From NCBI GenBank assembly GCA_046597055.1, contig JBKJLC010000246.1, forward strand, positions 1 through 10,418: a DNA stretch of 10,418 nucleotides, given 5' to 3'. The notes beneath the pieces were generated by a model. That model had not been told where the DNA came from. It did not search any database and was given only the letters and a program-made list of their open reading frames with translations. Shown in pieces: positions 8,618 through 10,418 of this stretch. The first letter of the stretch is position 1. Every line of letters starts with the position of its first letter. A program made the position numbers and the translations under genes. Origin of the DNA: Kofleriaceae bacterium. GTDB lineage: Bacteria; Myxococcota_A; Polyangia; Haliangiales; Haliangiaceae.

Positions 8618-8652
8618 CCGCACGGTCAGCGGTCCTCGTGGTACCAGCTGGT

Positions 8653-10404
8653 GTGAAGTCTTCGCGACCGGCCGCGCTCGTCCTCCTGCTCGGGTTATCC
8701 GCATGTCGGGCATCGGGTCCGCGTTCGGCGGGCCGCGACGCCGGTGCGGAACCGAGCATCGGGGAGCCAAGCACGAACGCACCGGCGCCCGCGTCGCCGG
8801 TGTCGATCGATCCGCCGGCCGGCGCCGGCGCGCTCGCGCCCAACCTGCGCGCTGATGGTGAGGGGCTCCTCGCCACCTGGCTCGAACCGACCCGCGATCG
8901 CGCCCACCGGTTGCGCATCTCGCGCTATACGGCGCAGGGTTGGTCGCCGGCGGTGACCATCGTGGAGGATCGCCGCCTCGTCGCGAACTGGGCTGACATG
9001 CCGTCGGTGGCGGTCGGTGCCGACGGGACGCTGGTCGCGCACTGGGCCGAGGCCTCGGGCACCGAGGCGCACGCGTACGACGCGGTCGTTGCCCGCTCCG
9101 CCGACCGGGGCGCTTCGTGGACGCGGATCGGACGATTGCACGAAGATCCAACCCCGGCCGAGCACGGCTTCGTCTCGCTGGTGGCCGAGGCGGACGGGAT
9201 CCGCGCGTTCTGGCTCGACGGCCGCGAGACCGCCCGCGCCGGGGGCGCCACCGCGCTGCGCACGGCCATGGTCGGCGCGACCGTCACCGGCGAGGCAGTG
9301 GTCGACGCGCGGGTCTGTGATTGCTGCCAGACGAGCGCGGCCACGACCGGCGACGGCCCGCTGGTCGTCTATCGTGATCGCACGGACGACGAGCTCCGCG
9401 ACGTCGGGTCGGCACGCATCGAGGCCGGCGCCTGGAAGCCGCGCGGCGCGGTCGCCGTCGATGGCTGGCGGATCGCCGGTTGCCCGGTCAACGGCCCCGC
9501 GATCGACGCGCGGGACCCGATGGTCGCGGTCGCCTGGTACAGCTACGCCGGCAGCGTCCACCGGGTCCGGGCGGCGTTCTCGCGCGACGGCGGCACCACG
9601 TTCGGCGCGCCGGTCGAGGTCGATGCACCCCGGGGTGGGCGCGCGCCGGTCGGCCGCGTCGGCATCATCCTCGACGGAGACACCGCGATCGTGAGCTGGC
9701 TCGCGTCCGAGCGCGAGGCCGGGTCGATCCTCGTGCGCCGCGTCGCGGCCGATGGCGCCGTCGGGGCCGAGCTCGCGGTCGCCCGCAGCGCCGCCGGGCG
9801 CGACGCGGGGTTCCCGCGGCTCGCGCGCACCGGCGACGCCGCCGTGGTCGCGTGGACCGAGCCCGGCGAGCCCTCGCGGGTCCGGGCCGTGCGCGTACGT
9901 CTCGTCGCCATCCCGGCCGCGACCGCCGGTGCCGACGCGCCGGTCACGGTCGCGCCGGCGGTCGCCGCCGTCGGCAGCGTCGCGCCGTCGCCGCCGGTCG
10001 TGACGCTCGAGGGCGCGCCGATCGACCTCGCGTCGCTGCGCGGCAAGGTCGTGTTGCTCAACCTGTGGGCGACCTGGTGCGAGCCGTGCCGCCACGAGCT
10101 CCCCGTGCTCGCGGGGCTGCACGCCCGCGATGGCGGCCGCGGGCTCGTCGTCGTGGGCCTCAACGTCGACCGCCAGCGCACCCCGGCCGAGATCGCCGAC
10201 TTCGTCGCGCGGCGCAAGCTGCCGTTCTCGATCTGGCGTGACGCCGCCGACGGCGCGTCGGCGGCGCTCGGCGTCTCGACCTATCCGGCCAACCTGGTCA
10301 TCGGTCGCGACGGCGTGATCCGGTGGCGGCGCGACGGGGCCATCCTCGCGGATGATCCCGAGCTGCGTCGCGCGCTCGATGAGGCGCTCGCCGCCCCGCG
10401 CTGA
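8653..10404 (+). CDS. Lipoprotein: Asp-box (BNR/sialidase-like) beta-propeller with CDCC motif fused to a C-terminal TlpA/ResA-like thioredoxin
   Basis: 583 aa from GTG 8653: MKSSRPAALVLLLGLSA|C lipobox. Asp-boxes SADRGASW and SRDGGTTF; motifs NWADMPS, EHGFVSL, VCDCCQT, GCPVNGP; Ala/Pro linker; LRGKVVLLNLWATWCEPCRHELP and a cis-Pro-loop-like TYP. Confidence 0.88.
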   Translation: MKSSRPAALVLLLGLSACRASGPRSAGRDAGAEPSIGEPSTNAPAPASPVSIDPPAGAGALAPNLRADGEGLLATWLEPTRDRAHRLRISRYTAQGWSPAVTIVEDRRLVANWADMPSVAVGADGTLVAHWAEASGTEAHAYDAVVARSADRGASWTRIGRLHEDPTPAEHGFVSLVAEADGIRAFWLDGRETARAGGATALRTAMVGATVTGEAVVDARVCDCCQTSAATTGDGPLVVYRDRTDDELRDVGSARIEAGAWKPRGAVAVDGWRIAGCPVNGPAIDARDPMVAVAWYSYAGSVHRVRAAFSRDGGTTFGAPVEVDAPRGGRAPVGRVGIILDGDTAIVSWLASEREAGSILVRRVAADGAVGAELAVARSAAGRDAGFPRLARTGDAAVVAWTEPGEPSRVRAVRVRLVAIPAATAGADAPVTVAPAVAAVGSVAPSPPVVTLEGAPIDLASLRGKVVLLNLWATWCEPCRHELPVLAGLHARDGGRGLVVVGLNVDRQRTPAEIADFVARRKLPFSIWRDAADGASAALGVSTYPANLVIGRDGVIRWRRDGAILADDPELRRALDEALAAPR

Positions 10405-10418
10405 CCGTCGCGGCAGGG

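Noticed and set aside
8563..8918. Extended overlapping N-termini of the two divergent genes (track starts 8918 - and 8563 +, or ATG 8587 in TCATGA)
   Set aside because: ATG 8588 (-) and GTG 8653 (+) each begin a clean signal peptide and remove the overlap.
8695..10318. Alternate-frame ORFs over the propeller-TlpA gene
   Set aside because: Low-complexity GC shadow frames without motifs.

Overview
Very GC-rich bacterial DNA (possibly Myxococcota, inferred from composition and gene content) carrying a compact copper/heavy-metal homeostasis cluster. In order: the 3' remnant of a fatty-acid-hydroxylase/sterol-desaturase-like gene; a His-rich-sensor HAMP histidine kinase translationally coupled to an NtrC-family sigma54 activator (CorS/CorR-like); a 4-TM hypothetical protein; a YHS/TRASH lipoprotein divergent from a Cu(I)/Ag(I) P1B-ATPase (copA); a 320-bp structured spacer; a putative Met/His-rich outer-membrane beta-barrel; and, divergent from it, a lipoprotein fusing an Asp-box beta-propeller (CDCC motif) to a TlpA-like thioredoxin. 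Four sigma54 -24/-12 elements sit directly upstream of four effector genes, so most of the local activator's regulon can be proposed from the sequence. At two of these genes, and at a small uORF, the predicted mRNAs are nearly leaderless. The most novel-looking part is the extracytoplasmic Cys/Met/His module (barrel, propeller-thioredoxin fusion, YHS lipoprotein). All calls are by motif recognition; no searches were run.
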